The translations under genes were made by a program, and so were the position numbers. This document shows, piece after piece, positions 62,955-64,000 of a stretch of 64,000 bases of DNA; positions within the stretch are counted from its first letter, which is position 1, and the number at the start of each line of letters is the position of its first letter. The stretch comes from Rhodosorus marinus CCMP1338 (Eukaryota; Plantae; Rhodophyta): positions 248,001-312,000 of the forward strand of contig JAMWBK010000005.1 in NCBI GenBank assembly GCA_029953675.1, in the 5' to 3' direction. Under the pieces are notes generated by a model that was not told the DNA's origin, searched no databases, and saw only the letters and a list, made by a program, of their open reading frames with translations.

Positions 62955-63669
62955 AGCGAGTTCCTCTTTTTAGAGACGATTTTACCACAACAATAGTTCG
63001 GGATTGAAAACTGCTAGAACGACCAGTGCGGCTATGACTTTGCAGAATACAGAGCGATATTTAGTTCAACGCTTTCGACGCACTCGACGTCCATAGGATC
63101 CCCGAAAACCAAGAACAAGGCAGAGGGAGATCAAGAACATCTAAGAAAAACTGATTTCTTTTGAGCAGCGAGCCAACCCCTGCAAGGAATCCGTTAACCG
63201 AACCCATTGGACCACCTAAAATGTCTCCCCGTCACTGTATTTTGATACCGCGCTCGTCCGAAACGCTTCTCTTGAGGACCACACGAAAAGGAACACAGCT
63301 GCATTGATTTTAAATCGCCAACGCTCAAATTCATAGAGAGCGCGAGCGAGACCAAAAATTACAGATATTCAAGAAACAATCTCCAAAGCTGACAGTACAA
63401 TATTGGTTAGTACCAGCATGGCACTATTCGTACGAAAGATAGTACATGTTTCTCGGGAGGAAGCTGTTTGTGGTCATAATTGATGACTTTTACAAAACCT
63501 CACAACTGATTCTAAAAATGGATTTTAGTAGGAGACACACGGTTTGGAGATGACCCTGTCCCATGCTGACGGGTGCGCTGCACCACGATCTTGTTGCTGT
63601 TGATAGAAAAAGGGTTTTGTCATGGGTGACCATCCGTAATTTTTTTTTCATGGATAGGCTATTGGAAAC

Positions 63670-64000
63670 AACTAGGAAACAAGGCTTGTCTGATTGAGAT
63701 TCTCGCAAAAGACAACGTCCCATTTTCTCGTCTGATAAACGGTCCGTCCGATGAACACAAAAACGCCTCTTATTCAATCGAGTAAAAGTCAATTCCTTGT
63801 TCAATCAGCGATTGTCTAAGAATCAATCGTCTCCTGTGTAGGAATTGATCCCTATTGCTTCATGATTGCTTCTCATCACGATAAGCTGTCACTCTCATGT
63901 AATGAATAACGATTATGTTCGCCTTCTGAAATCGAAACTAGGAAACAAGGCTTGTCTGATTGAGATTCTCGCAAAAGACAACGTCCCATTTTCTCGTCTG
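63670..64000. repeat. Identical direct repeat of at least 65 bp (63670-63734 and 63936-64000), cut by the window end
   Basis: AACTAGGAAACAAGGCTTGTCTGATTGAGATTCTCGCAAAAGACAACGTCCCATTTTCTCGTCTG, twice with no mismatch. Confidence 0.97.

Overview
This is intron-rich eukaryotic nuclear DNA, most likely from a red alga (inference). The support is a nuclear psbO with a bipartite transit peptide and no ER signal, plus plastid transit peptides with an early Phe (MAFV..., MDVGFI...). About 20 genes can be assembled by hand from short GT-AG introns: an SMP-domain fragment, Man1/Src1/Heh-like, an orphan, TRIM37-like, an EF-hand protein, NFU-like, NELF-C/D, exportin-5-like, COX10, DUF3119 with a huge repeat insert, a degenerate PLPBP/YggS, SLAC1/TDT, an AGC kinase, PsbO, a membrane-anchored diflavin reductase, an FtsJ methyltransferase, a CAMK-like kinase, a CCT protein, a DA1-like LIM peptidase, DUF1348 and an unknown type-I membrane protein. 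Gene-poor intervals (about 29.4-38 kb, 42.1-44.8 kb, 50-56 kb) hold decayed reading frames, local duplications and perfect hairpins. I found no CRISPR array, rRNA, intact tRNA or intact transposon. The most notable items are (1) a plastid-targeted DUF3119 protein with about 40 EPVAEEK-type repeats, (2) a clear NELF-C/D pausing-factor subunit, (3) an organelle-targeted PLPBP paralog that seems to have lost its PLP-binding Lys, and (4) a UIM-less DA1-like metallopeptidase. Family calls rest on motif recognition from memory, not database searches. Exon boundaries are manual predictions.
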